DNA from: Polyangiaceae bacterium
GTDB lineage: Bacteria > Myxococcota_A > Polyangia > Polyangiales > Polyangiaceae
NCBI GenBank assembly: GCA_035063585.1
Contig: JAPSGB010000004.1
Coordinates: 96,001 to 160,000, forward strand
Reading direction: 5' to 3'
DNA: 64,000 bases
The translations under genes and the position numbers were made by a program. Each line of letters starts with the position of its first letter. Positions within the stretch are counted from its first letter, which is position 1. Under the pieces are notes generated by a model. That model made no database searches and was not told the origin of the DNA. It saw only the letters and a program-made list of their open reading frames with translations. Below, piece after piece: positions 54,588 to 64,000 of this stretch.

Positions 54588-55662
54588 GCCGGTCCCCTCG
54601 GCGGGCGGCTCGAGCGCGCTCACCCACGACGAGCTGCTCGAGGCGTTCGGCGGCGAGCTCGGCGCGGGCCCGGAGACCGCCTCGAGCGCTGCTACGAAGA
54701 GGGCCCCCGCGCGCGGAGAAGTCCCCGAGCCGAGCGCGGACGCGCGTGACGAGAGCGCAGCGGGGACTTCGAGCGCAGCTCACGAGGCTCACCCGAGCCT
54801 GAGCGAGTTTCGCGAAGGATGGCAAGCCGGGCTCTACCGAGATCCCGTCTTGTGCGGCTCCTTCGCCGGGCTCGTGCTCGGCGTGCTCGGCGTGTTCGTG
54901 GTGCTGCGCCGCGCGGTGTTCGTGACCGCCGCGGTGAGCCAGGCGGCCGGTCTGGGCGTTGCGCTCGCCATCTGGTTCGGGATCGCCCTCGGCGTGTCGG
55001 TGCCGGCGGTCGCGGGCGCGCTCGTCCTCGCGCTCGGCGCGACCGCGCTGCTCGGCCGGCGAGAGCGCCCGACGCGCCTTCCGCGCGAGACGCTGGTCGC
55101 CGCGATCTATCTCGCGAGCGGAGCCGGCGCGATCATCGTAGGCGAGCGTATCGCAGAGGAGTCCCACGACATCGCGAACATCCTGTTCGGGACGGCCGTG
55201 CTCGTGCGCGCCGAGGATCTCTGGCTCGTCATCGGCGTCGGTTCGCTCGTGCTCTTCGCGATCGTCGCGGCGCGACGCGGCCTCTTGTTCGCGGGGTTCG
55301 ATCCGGAGGGGGCTCGCGTCCACCGGCTCCCCGTTCGTCTGCTCGATCTGCTGCTCTGGGTCCTGGTCGCGCTCGAGGTGTCGGTCACCACCCGAGCGAT
55401 GGGCGCGCTGCCCGTCTTCGCCTTCACGGTGCTCCCGGCCATCAGTGCGCTCAGCATCACGCGGCGCATGACCTCTGCGCTGTTGGTGGCCAGCGCTCTC
55501 GGTGGGCTCGCCGGCGGGCTAGGCTACGTGGTCGCCTTCTTCCTCGACCTGCCGGTCGGCGCCTCGCAGGCGCTGCTCGCGACGCTGCTCTTTCTCGGCT
55601 GTTCGGCCGCGGCGCGGGCCGGGCTTGCCAACCCGCTCATAACCGAGGAACGCTCCCGATGA
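54580..55662 (+). CDS. metal ABC transporter permease (ZnuB-like) with an acidic N-terminal extension
   Basis: LGVFVVLRRAVF..AAVSQAAGLG, ILFG, FDPEGA, G.LPVFAF..LP and DLPVGA. Confidence 0.88.
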   Translation: MPEPVPSAGGSSALTHDELLEAFGGELGAGPETASSAATKRAPARGEVPEPSADARDESAAGTSSAAHEAHPSLSEFREGWQAGLYRDPVLCGSFAGLVLGVLGVFVVLRRAVFVTAAVSQAAGLGVALAIWFGIALGVSVPAVAGALVLALGATALLGRRERPTRLPRETLVAAIYLASGAGAIIVGERIAEESHDIANILFGTAVLVRAEDLWLVIGVGSLVLFAIVAARRGLLFAGFDPEGARVHRLPVRLLDLLLWVLVALEVSVTTRAMGALPVFAFTVLPAISALSITRRMTSALLVASALGGLAGGLGYVVAFFLDLPVGASQALLATLLFLGCSAAARAGLANPLITEERSR

Positions 55663-58031
55663 TGCTCGGACGTCGTGTACTGCCGCTGCTCGCGGTGCTC
55701 GCCGCGCTCGGCCCGGCGCAGCCGGCGGTCGCCGACGAGGGGCAGTGGACCCCCGAGCAGCTTCCGAGCCTCGACCTCGCGCACCTCGGCAACCTCGGCC
55801 TCCGCCTGAAGCCGGCCGAGCTCTGGAAGGACCGCGGGGGCCTGATGCGCGCCGCCGTGCAGCTCTCGGGGTGCTCGGGCGCGTTCGTGTCCGCCAGGGG
55901 GCTCGTCATCACCAACCACCACTGCGCTTATCGCGCGGTGCAGTCGGTGAGCACCGTCGAGAGCGATTTTCTCGGCCACGGTTTCCTGGCAAAGGGGGCG
56001 AGCTCCGAGCTGCCGGCGAAGGGCTACACGGTCGGGGTCATCGATCAGGTGAAGGACGTCACCGCCACCATCCGAGAGGTGAGCAACGCGGCGCCGGACG
56101 ACCGCGCGCGCGCGCGCGCGGTGGAGCACAAGCAACGTGAGCTCGTCGCTGAATGCGAAAAGCAGGCTGGTCATCGCTGTCGCGTCGAGAGCTTCTCGCT
56201 CGGCAGCCGCTATGAGCTCATCGACACCCTCGAGCTCCGTGACGTGCGCCTCGTATACGCCCCGCCCGCCTCGGTCGGCGAGTTCGGCGGCGAGATCGAC
56301 AACTGGATGTGGCCGAGGCACACGGGTGATTTCGCGTTCCTCCGCGCCTACGTCGGCGAGAACGGCGAGCCGGCGGACTACTCCGAGAAGAACGTGCCGT
56401 ACGAGCCGAAGGTATCGCTCAAGCTCGGCGTGGAGGGGGTTGGCAACGGCGACCTCGTCGCGGTGATCGGGTATCCGGGCCGCACCGAGCGCTATCTGAC
56501 TCTGGCCGAGCTCACCCAAGCCGTCGAGCAGGAGCTCCCCGCCGCCGCCGAGCTCGCCGGCGACTGGCTCGGCATCCTCGACGCAGAAGCCAGGCGCGGC
56601 GCAGCCGTGTCGCTCAAGATCGCGGCGCAGCGCAAGCAGCTCGCCAACCGCGAGAAGAACGCGCGCGGGATGATCGCCGGGCTCGCGCGGATGAAGCTCG
56701 TCGAGCGGCGAGCGCGCGAAGAGGCTCGGCTCCGCGCCTGGGCCGCCGGAAAGCCCGATCGCAAGGCAGGCATCGAAGCCCTCGACGCCATGGACCAGCT
56801 GGTAGAGGCGCGACGCGCTCGCTTCGCCCGCGAGCACCTGCTCACGAGCTTGGCGCGCGGGCCGAACCTGCTCGCGGTCGCGGTCGACGTCGCGCGGCGT
56901 GCCGGCGAGCACGGCAAGCCAGATCTCGAGCGGCGGTCCGGCACGATGGACCGCGACGCGGAGCGGCTATGGAAGCTCGAGGAGCGCCGCCTCGCCGACT
57001 ACGACGTCCAGGTCGACGCGCGCCTGCTGGCCTCGCTCGGCGCGCGCGCCGCGAGGCTGCCCGAAGGTCAGAAGCTCGACGCGCTCGCCAAGCTCGGCTC
57101 GATCGCCGCCATCCAAGGCAAGCTCCGCGCCTCGCGGCTCTCGAACGTCGAGGCGACCAAGGCGCTGTACTTCGCCGCGGACGCGGCGCTCATCGACAAG
57201 AGCACGGACCCGATGCTCGTGCTCGGGCGCACTCTGGCCGCGGAGCTCGAGCGGCTAGACACCGAGCGCGACGCCGAGCAGGGCGAGCTCGAGCGAGTGG
57301 GGCCGGCGTACTACGCGCTACTCGAGGCCGAGCGCGGCGGCACGCTCTACCCCGACGCGAACGGCACGCTCCGCATCAGTTTTGCGACCGTGCGCGGCTA
57401 CTCGCCCGAGGATGGGCTACTCGCGGTGTCACGCACGACGCTCCGTGGCGCGGTCGAGAAGTCGACGGGGGAGGAGCCGTTCAACCTGCCGCGCGCGGTC
57501 ATCGAGCGCGCCGCCGAGGCGAAGAGTAGCTACTGGGCGGATCCCGACCTCGACGACGTGCCGGTGTGCTTTCTCTCGAACGCCGACACCACCGGCGGCA
57601 ACTCGGGCAGCCCGGTCATCAACGGGCGCGGCGAGCTCGTCGGGCTCAACTTCGATCGCGTGTGGGAGAACATCGCGGGCGATTACGGCTACAGCGTGCC
57701 CCGCTCGCGCAACATCTCGGTCGACGTTCGCTACCTGCTCTGGATGCTCGATCGCGTCGCAGACGCCTCGGAGCTCCTGCAAGAGCTCGGCGCATCGAGC
57801 TACCGCTCCGCGCCGTCACGACGCGAGCGAACCCAGTCGGCGCGACGTCACCTCGCGGCGGGGCCGACGCTCTCAGCCGCGCCCGCCCCTCCGCCGGCGC
57901 CGAGCGCGGCGGCGGCGCCCGAAGCGCGGAGCTGCGCGTGCCGCGCGCCGGGAGGCCACACCTCGGGCCTGCTCCCCCCGCTCATCACCGCGCTCGGGCT
58001 GCTCGGGCTCGGCGCGCGGCGGCGGCGCTGA
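55659..58031 (+). CDS. S46 family dipeptidyl peptidase (DPP11-like) with a MYXO-CTERM-like tail
   Basis: ADEGQW.P, GCSGAFVS..GL..TNHHC, DNWMWPRHTGDF, YPDANGTLR.S, DTTGGNSGSPVIN and GLNFDR; C-terminal SCAC...hydrophobic...RRRR. Confidence 0.92.
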   Translation: MMLGRRVLPLLAVLAALGPAQPAVADEGQWTPEQLPSLDLAHLGNLGLRLKPAELWKDRGGLMRAAVQLSGCSGAFVSARGLVITNHHCAYRAVQSVSTVESDFLGHGFLAKGASSELPAKGYTVGVIDQVKDVTATIREVSNAAPDDRARARAVEHKQRELVAECEKQAGHRCRVESFSLGSRYELIDTLELRDVRLVYAPPASVGEFGGEIDNWMWPRHTGDFAFLRAYVGENGEPADYSEKNVPYEPKVSLKLGVEGVGNGDLVAVIGYPGRTERYLTLAELTQAVEQELPAAAELAGDWLGILDAEARRGAAVSLKIAAQRKQLANREKNARGMIAGLARMKLVERRAREEARLRAWAAGKPDRKAGIEALDAMDQLVEARRARFAREHLLTSLARGPNLLAVAVDVARRAGEHGKPDLERRSGTMDRDAERLWKLEERRLADYDVQVDARLLASLGARAARLPEGQKLDALAKLGSIAAIQGKLRASRLSNVEATKALYFAADAALIDKSTDPMLVLGRTLAAELERLDTERDAEQGELERVGPAYYALLEAERGGTLYPDANGTLRISFATVRGYSPEDGLLAVSRTTLRGAVEKSTGEEPFNLPRAVIERAAEAKSSYWADPDLDDVPVCFLSNADTTGGNSGSPVINGRGELVGLNFDRVWENIAGDYGYSVPRSRNISVDVRYLLWMLDRVADASELLQELGASSYRSAPSRRERTQSARRHLAAGPTLSAAPAPPPAPSAAAAPEARSCACRAPGGHTSGLLPPLITALGLLGLGARRRR

Positions 58032-58050
58032 ACCGCCAGCGCGCGCGAGC

Positions 58051-59184
58051 TCACGGGGTGGGTGCGCTCACCGGCGCGCCCCGGTGCTCTGGCGCCGAGG
58101 GATCGTCACGATAGTTCTCTTCCCAGGTGCCCCACCCTGCCCCGCCTTGGACATACGCCGGGCCGTAGCCCGTGCCGCTGAAGCGGTTGTCGAGCGCCGC
58201 GAGCTCACCGTACGCGTTGCCGTTCATCTCGTTCAACCCGAGCTGGTAGCCGCCGCCCTGCAGGAGGTTTCCACTCATCGTGAGGTTATGGATGGGGCCG
58301 CCATAGGTCTGGATGAAGAACGCTCCGGTCGCGTTCGGCGAGTCACAGTCGAAGCGGTTATTTCGAACGACGAGCCGTCGTGAAGGCCGCGCGCTCGTGT
58401 CGAAGTCGCGGACGGTGAAGGCGTCACTGTGGTTCCCGTCGGTCGCCGGATCGCCGTAGCCGAGCAGGCGGCCCACGTAATTTCCTTCCACCGTCGCGTC
58501 GAGCTCGGTGCCGGCGTTGAAGATCGCGATCCCGCTGCCGAAGTCGTGGAGGTAATTGTTCCTGAGATCCGCGACTCCCAGGAAGGCGGTGGCCATCGCG
58601 GCGTCGCGCAGGCTGAGCTTGGAGCCGTCGAAGTCCGAGTTCGAGATGGTCACGGTGCTCGGCGCGACGCCGCAGCACTGGTCATAATCGGTGGTCGTCA
58701 CCACGGGCATCCCCTGGCCCACCGAGGTCGGCTGGATGCACACGCGATCGAGGGTGATGCCGCCGTTCGAGAGATCGAGCCCGGTCGTGATCCTCACCCG
58801 CTCGATGACCGCGCCCGCCTTCGGCTTCTCCGCGCCCGTGTACCGAGAGAGGCTCGCGCAATCGAGGCCCACGCCCGCGAGGCCCGTGTTCGTCTCGTCG
58901 AGCTCCCAGCCACGGCGCGCGCCGGCGCCACCATCGCCGCCCTCGGAGGCCGCATCGTTGGCACCGTCGGCGCTCGCATCGTCGCCACCGTCGGCGCTCG
59001 CATCGTCGCCGCCCTCCGCGCGCGCGGCGTCGAGCTCGCTCGCGTCGTTGCTCGCGTCTTGCGCGGCGCCGGGCGAAGCCGCGTCGTCACCGCACGCCGA
59101 GAGCGCGAGCGCCGCGAGCACCGTGGCCGCCACCATTCCGAGTCTCGCCAATTTCTCCTCCGAGACGCCGAGCGTACACGCCAT
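58051..59184 (-). CDS. lipoprotein with a probable right-handed beta-helix domain
   Basis: Lipobox LSAC, Asp/Ala/Gly linker, and repeated (I/V)xxN motifs (TISNSDF, LRNNYLHD, VEGNYV, VRNNRF, MSGNLL, LDNRF); start uncertain. Confidence 0.72.
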   Translation of the reverse strand: MACTLGVSEEKLARLGMVAATVLAALALSACGDDAASPGAAQDASNDASELDAARAEGGDDASADGGDDASADGANDAASEGGDGGAGARRGWELDETNTGLAGVGLDCASLSRYTGAEKPKAGAVIERVRITTGLDLSNGGITLDRVCIQPTSVGQGMPVVTTTDYDQCCGVAPSTVTISNSDFDGSKLSLRDAAMATAFLGVADLRNNYLHDFGSGIAIFNAGTELDATVEGNYVGRLLGYGDPATDGNHSDAFTVRDFDTSARPSRRLVVRNNRFDCDSPNATGAFFIQTYGGPIHNLTMSGNLLQGGGYQLGLNEMNGNAYGELAALDNRFSGTGYGPAYVQGGAGWGTWEENYRDDPSAPEHRGAPVSAPTP

Positions 59185-59328
59185 TTACGAGGTGCCCTCA
59201 GGCTCGGGCGCGAGCGCTCGCCCGCGCGCTCTGACTGCGCGACCGTACAGGGTAGGTCCGTCCACTGTTTTCTTGTTCACTTATCCGATCGAGGATGATA
59301 CGGCTCTTGCCGAAGATTCACGCGAGCC

Positions 59329-62034
59329 ATGACGACGCCGAAGCAAACACCGCACCGACGTTCAGGGGTTGCCGGGGCGGCGCGGAACCGCGCGAAGGCG
59401 AAGCGCAAGCGCGCGGTCGCGAAGCCGAAGCCCGCGAAGACCGCGCGCAAGACCGCCACGCGCGCCGGCGCCACGCGCGCCGGCGCCACGCGCGCCGGCG
59501 CCACGCGCGCCGGCGCCACGCGCGCCGTCGCGAAGCCGAAGCCCGCGAAGACCGCGCGCAAGACCGCCACGCGCGCCGTCGCCACGCGCGCCGGCGCAAA
59601 GCCGAAGCCCGCGAAGACGACGCGCAAGGTCGCCACGCGCGCCGGCGCCAAGCGCGCCGTCGCCACGCGCGCCGTCGCGAAGCCGAAGCCCGCGAAGACC
59701 GCGCGCAAGATCGCCACGCGCGCCGGCGCAAAGCCGAAGCCCGCGAAGACGACGCGCAAGTCCGCCAAGCGCGCCCGCGCAAAGCCGAGGCCCGCGAAGA
59801 CGCGCAAGTCCGCCAAGCGCGCCCGCGCAAAGCCGAGGCCCGCGAAGACGACGCGCACGATCGCCACGCGCGCCGGCGCAAAGCCGAAGCCCGCGAAGAC
59901 GACGCGCAAGTCCGCCAAGCGCGCCCGCGCAAAGCCGAGGCCCGCGAAGACGACGCGCAAGTCCGCCAAGCGCGCCGTCGCAAAGCCGAAGCCCGCGAAG
60001 ACGACGCGCAAGTCCGCCAAGCGCGCCCGCGCAAAGCCGAGGCCCGCGAAGACGACGCGCCAGACCTCGAAGGCGCCGCCGGCCGCGCCGAACCGACCCC
60101 AGCGAGCCTCCCAAGCGCTCGAGCCGATGGCGCCGGTCACGCTCGACGCGGCGGCCCCGCTTGCGTCGCAGACAGTCTCCGCGGCGCCGTCGTCGCCGGC
60201 GATGGAGCCGCCGCTCGCGGGAAAGCGCGAGCTGCCACCGGGCGTTCGCGTGGGCCGCTGGGGGGCGCGCGGGGAAGGAGGCTCGCCGCCGCCGGGGTTC
60301 GGCGCCGTCCCGACGCTGGCCGAGAGCGCGCGGCGCGCGCTGCCGCTGCCGATGCGCGCGACCGCGAAGCGCGAGCCCTTCTCCACGGAGCGCTGGCCGG
60401 AGATCGACGAGGCCGCCAAGCGCCTCGGGATCGAGCGGCTCACCACCGAGCAACGCCATGCGATCCGCGCGCTCCTCGAAGGCCGCGACCTGCTCGTTGC
60501 GCTCCCCGCCGGGGCGGGCAAGACGAGCGCAGCGCTGGTGGCCGCGCTCCTCACTCGGCAGCCCACGCTGCTCGTGTCACCGCTGATTTCGGCGCAGCGT
60601 GATCTCCATGATCGACTGCACGCGCGCCGCGCGCCGGTGGTTCGCGTCGACCCGGGTATCTTCGGCGAGGAGCGCAAGCGCGCGCTCGCGCGCTTCACCG
60701 CCACCGAGCCGCTCGTCGTGCTCACCACACCGGAGTCGCTGTCGAGCGACGACCTCACCTCGGCGCTTGCGCGCTCGGGGATCGGGTTCGTCGCGGTGGA
60801 GGACGCCGAGTGCACGAGTGAGTGGGCGCATGAGTACCGCCCGGCGCACGCCGAGCTCGGCCGCGCGCTCGAGCGCCTCGGCTCACCGCAAGTGGCGGCG
60901 CTCTGCGCGCCTTCGGTCGCCGCGGTCCGGCACGACGTGGCCGAGCGGCTGGCGCTGCGCGCGCCGCTCGTGCTCGCGGGCGACCCGGTGCGGGCGAACC
61001 TCGCGCTCGACGCCACGGAGGCCCGCGGCGAGGTGCGACAGCGCACGCTCGTGTCGCTGGTGATGCGGCTCGAACGGCCCGGGATCGTGTACTGCGCGAC
61101 GCCGCGTGAGGTCGACGCCGTGCACGGCGCGCTCCGGGCCCTCCGGGTCCCCGTGCATCGCTATCACGGTGAGCTACCCGCCGGTGAGCGCGCCGGCGAG
61201 CAGCTGAACTTCCTGCTCCCGGGGCGCCGCGCGGTCATGGTGGCGACCAGCGGGTTCGCGCCCTCGACCGGGTTCGCGGGGCTCGGCGAGCTCGGCCGCT
61301 TGGAGCTGACGCCGGCGGGCTTCGGGCGCGGCCTCGAGAAGCGCGATACGCGCTTCGTCATCCATTACCAAGCTCCGGCGAGCCTCGAACAATACCTCCG
61401 CGAGCTCGGCGCGGCCGGGCGAGACGGCAAGCCAGCGAGCGCGATCCTGCTCTATGATCCGGCTGATCGCGGATACCATGACGCCGCGCTCGCGCGCGCG
61501 CGGCTCCGGCCGGCGCACGTCCTCGAGCTCGCGCGCGCGCTCGAGAGCTCCGCGCTCGATGGGCGGGCGGCATCGCTCGAGTCGCTCGCGCTGGCGACGC
61601 GCCAGAGCAGGCGGAACGCGGAGCTTGTCGCCGCGGTGCTGGCGGACGCGGGGCTCGTCGACCTCGCGCCGGGATGGGCGCGCGCGGCGGTGGCGGGGGT
61701 CGAGCTGTTCGAGCGAGCGCGCCGAGTGGCCGGCGCGCTCGAGACGCTCGCGCGCGAGGATGGGCGCCGGCTCGACGCGGTCGCCGCATACGCGCGGAGC
61801 GCGGGGTGCCGCACGCTTCACCTCGGGCGCTACCTCGGCATGAGTGACACCGTCGAGTGCGGTCGCTGCAGCGCGTGCGACGCCGCCGCGTTCGACGGCC
61901 GGCGCTTCGCCCCCCTGACGGAGCCCGCGCCCGGGCGGAGAGCCGCGCCGCGCTCCTTCGAGGTGACCCGACTCGACGTGTCGCGGCCGAGCTCCGCGCC
62001 ACTCACGGCCAAGCTCGGCGAGTTTGTCGGCTGA
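59329..62034 (+). CDS. RecQ-like helicase with degenerate motifs and an N-terminal histone-H1-like repeat region
   Basis: About 240 aa of K/A/R/T/P repeats, then EQ..AI..LL.GRD, LPAGAGKT, VSPLIS, SEWAHEYRP, GIVYCAT, YHGEL, VIHYQAP, AGRDG and Zn-site CR...CGRCSAC. Confidence 0.85.
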   Translation: MTTPKQTPHRRSGVAGAARNRAKAKRKRAVAKPKPAKTARKTATRAGATRAGATRAGATRAGATRAVAKPKPAKTARKTATRAVATRAGAKPKPAKTTRKVATRAGAKRAVATRAVAKPKPAKTARKIATRAGAKPKPAKTTRKSAKRARAKPRPAKTRKSAKRARAKPRPAKTTRTIATRAGAKPKPAKTTRKSAKRARAKPRPAKTTRKSAKRAVAKPKPAKTTRKSAKRARAKPRPAKTTRQTSKAPPAAPNRPQRASQALEPMAPVTLDAAAPLASQTVSAAPSSPAMEPPLAGKRELPPGVRVGRWGARGEGGSPPPGFGAVPTLAESARRALPLPMRATAKREPFSTERWPEIDEAAKRLGIERLTTEQRHAIRALLEGRDLLVALPAGAGKTSAALVAALLTRQPTLLVSPLISAQRDLHDRLHARRAPVVRVDPGIFGEERKRALARFTATEPLVVLTTPESLSSDDLTSALARSGIGFVAVEDAECTSEWAHEYRPAHAELGRALERLGSPQVAALCAPSVAAVRHDVAERLALRAPLVLAGDPVRANLALDATEARGEVRQRTLVSLVMRLERPGIVYCATPREVDAVHGALRALRVPVHRYHGELPAGERAGEQLNFLLPGRRAVMVATSGFAPSTGFAGLGELGRLELTPAGFGRGLEKRDTRFVIHYQAPASLEQYLRELGAAGRDGKPASAILLYDPADRGYHDAALARARLRPAHVLELARALESSALDGRAASLESLALATRQSRRNAELVAAVLADAGLVDLAPGWARAAVAGVELFERARRVAGALETLAREDGRRLDAVAAYARSAGCRTLHLGRYLGMSDTVECGRCSACDAAAFDGRRFAPLTEPAPGRRAAPRSFEVTRLDVSRPSSAPLTAKLGEFVG
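59410..60060 (+). repeat. coding tandem repeat array (15-bp RAGAT units and AKPKPAKT(T/A)RK units)
   Basis: CGCGCCGGCGCCACG in tandem at about 59461-59520, and more than ten copies of AAGCCGA(A/G)GCCCGCGAAGAC. Confidence 0.9.
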
Positions 62035-63091
62035 GGCGGGTCGCGAGCGGCTGCGGCCGTCGCGCGGCTTGCGGTCGCTCACTGGGTGGCTAGGGTTCAG
62101 GCTCCGGCTCGCCGGAGGCGCACCATGGCGTATCGACTGGAAGCGAGCGAGAGCGTCGGCGCAGGGCTCCGGCGCGTCGCCGCCGAGGAGCTCGACGCCG
62201 CGCTCGAGGCGCTCGCACGAGCGCGCGGCGACGCTCCGGACGAGCCCGTGCACGAGCTCCGCAAGGGGCTGAAGCGGCTCCGCGCGCTCGTCCGCCTGGC
62301 CCGCAACGAGCTCGGTGAGCTGGTGTTCTACCGCGACAACACCTGCTTTCGCGACGCGGGCCGCGCGCTCTCGGGCGCGCGAGGCGCAGCGGCGCTGCGA
62401 GGCGCCCTCGGCGCGCTCGCCGAGCGGTACGCGGCGCGCCTCGACGCGGCGGCGCTCGCCCGTGCGACTCACGCGCTCGACGCGCGACACGGCGCGGCGC
62501 TCGCGACCGCGCTCGAGCCCGCGCACCTCGACGGCGTCCAGCGCGCGCTCGAGCTCGCGCGCGCTCGGGTGGAGGGCTGGTCGTTCACGCGCGACGACTT
62601 CGCCGTGCTCGAGCCGGGCCTCCGGCGTACCTACCGCGAAGGGCGGCGCGCCCTCCGAGCCGCGCGCCTCGACTCGTCCGCCGAGCTCGCCCACGACTGG
62701 CGCAAGCGGGTGAAGGATCACGGCTACCACGTGCGCCTCCTCACGCTCGCGTGGCCGGAGCAGCTGCGGGCGCGGCGCGACGCGGTCGACACGCTCGGTG
62801 AGCTGCTCGGCGACGACCACGATCTCGCGGAGCTCCTCGGGACGCTCGGCGGCGAGAGGCCGCCGCTCGCCGCGGGCGGCGAACACGCCGGGCTCATCGA
62901 GCTCGTGCTCGAGCGGCAGCGCGAGCTCCGCGCCGAGGCGCTCCGGCTCGGCGAGCTCGTCTACGCCGAGCGCCCGCGCGCGCTCGCGCGCCGCTTCGGC
63001 GAGTACTTCGCCTCCTGGCGCGGCTCGGCGCAGGGCGCCAGCGATGAGGAAGGGTGTCGGTCCGGCGCGAGCCCGACGCGTGACGACTCGC

Positions 63092-64000
<909 letters not shown>

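Noticed and set aside
54819..55658. 1070-aa version of the S46 peptidase
   Set aside because: The extension overlaps the ABC permease in another frame and is Arg-rich nonsense; the signal peptide starts at 55659.
58962..59011. 24-bp tandem duplication in the beta-helix lipoprotein gene
   Set aside because: It encodes an ordinary GGDDASAD linker repeat typical of myxobacterial lipoproteins.
59277..61046. Alternative-frame repeat proteins over the H1-like array
   Set aside because: Frames stay open because the repeats lack stops; only the Lys-rich frame continues into the RecQ core.

Overview
Very GC-rich core-chromosome segment, most likely from a myxobacterium of the Polyangiaceae/Sorangiineae type. 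That assignment rests on a MYXO-CTERM-tailed peptidase, TPR/PEGA-type secreted paralogues, a serpin lipoprotein and a RomY-like protein. The window holds about 49 CDSs and one tRNA-Cys(GCA). Housekeeping genes include uvrB, hppA, argC, rplM-rpsI, rnj, a cyclophilin, purB, trxA and a partial isocitrate dehydrogenase-family gene. There are also signalling proteins, transporters (two MFS, SMR, FTR1, a Zn/Mn-type ABC operon) and secreted lipoproteins. I saw no integrase, transposase, cas gene or phage gene. The most unusual items are: (1) a RecQ-like protein with degenerate ATPase motifs fused to a long histone-H1-like repeat tail, next to a CHAD polyphosphate-binding gene; (2) a GlpT-like MFS transporter with an inserted Cys-containing PDZ-like domain, followed by a 36/36/36-bp repeat-spacer-repeat; (3) a MshEN/HD-GYP/REC/DUF4388 protein with degenerate catalytic motifs next to a RomY-like gene; (4) a divergent DnrO-like/hemerythrin pair around an FNR/DNR-like palindrome, next to a diiron ferritin-like gene after the tRNA; (5) a split-barrel/MenA fusion; (6) a serpin with a sigma54 promoter inside a symmetric regulatory region; (7) recurrent leaderless and bidirectional promoter architecture. 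All calls come from reading motifs by eye; no database searches were run.
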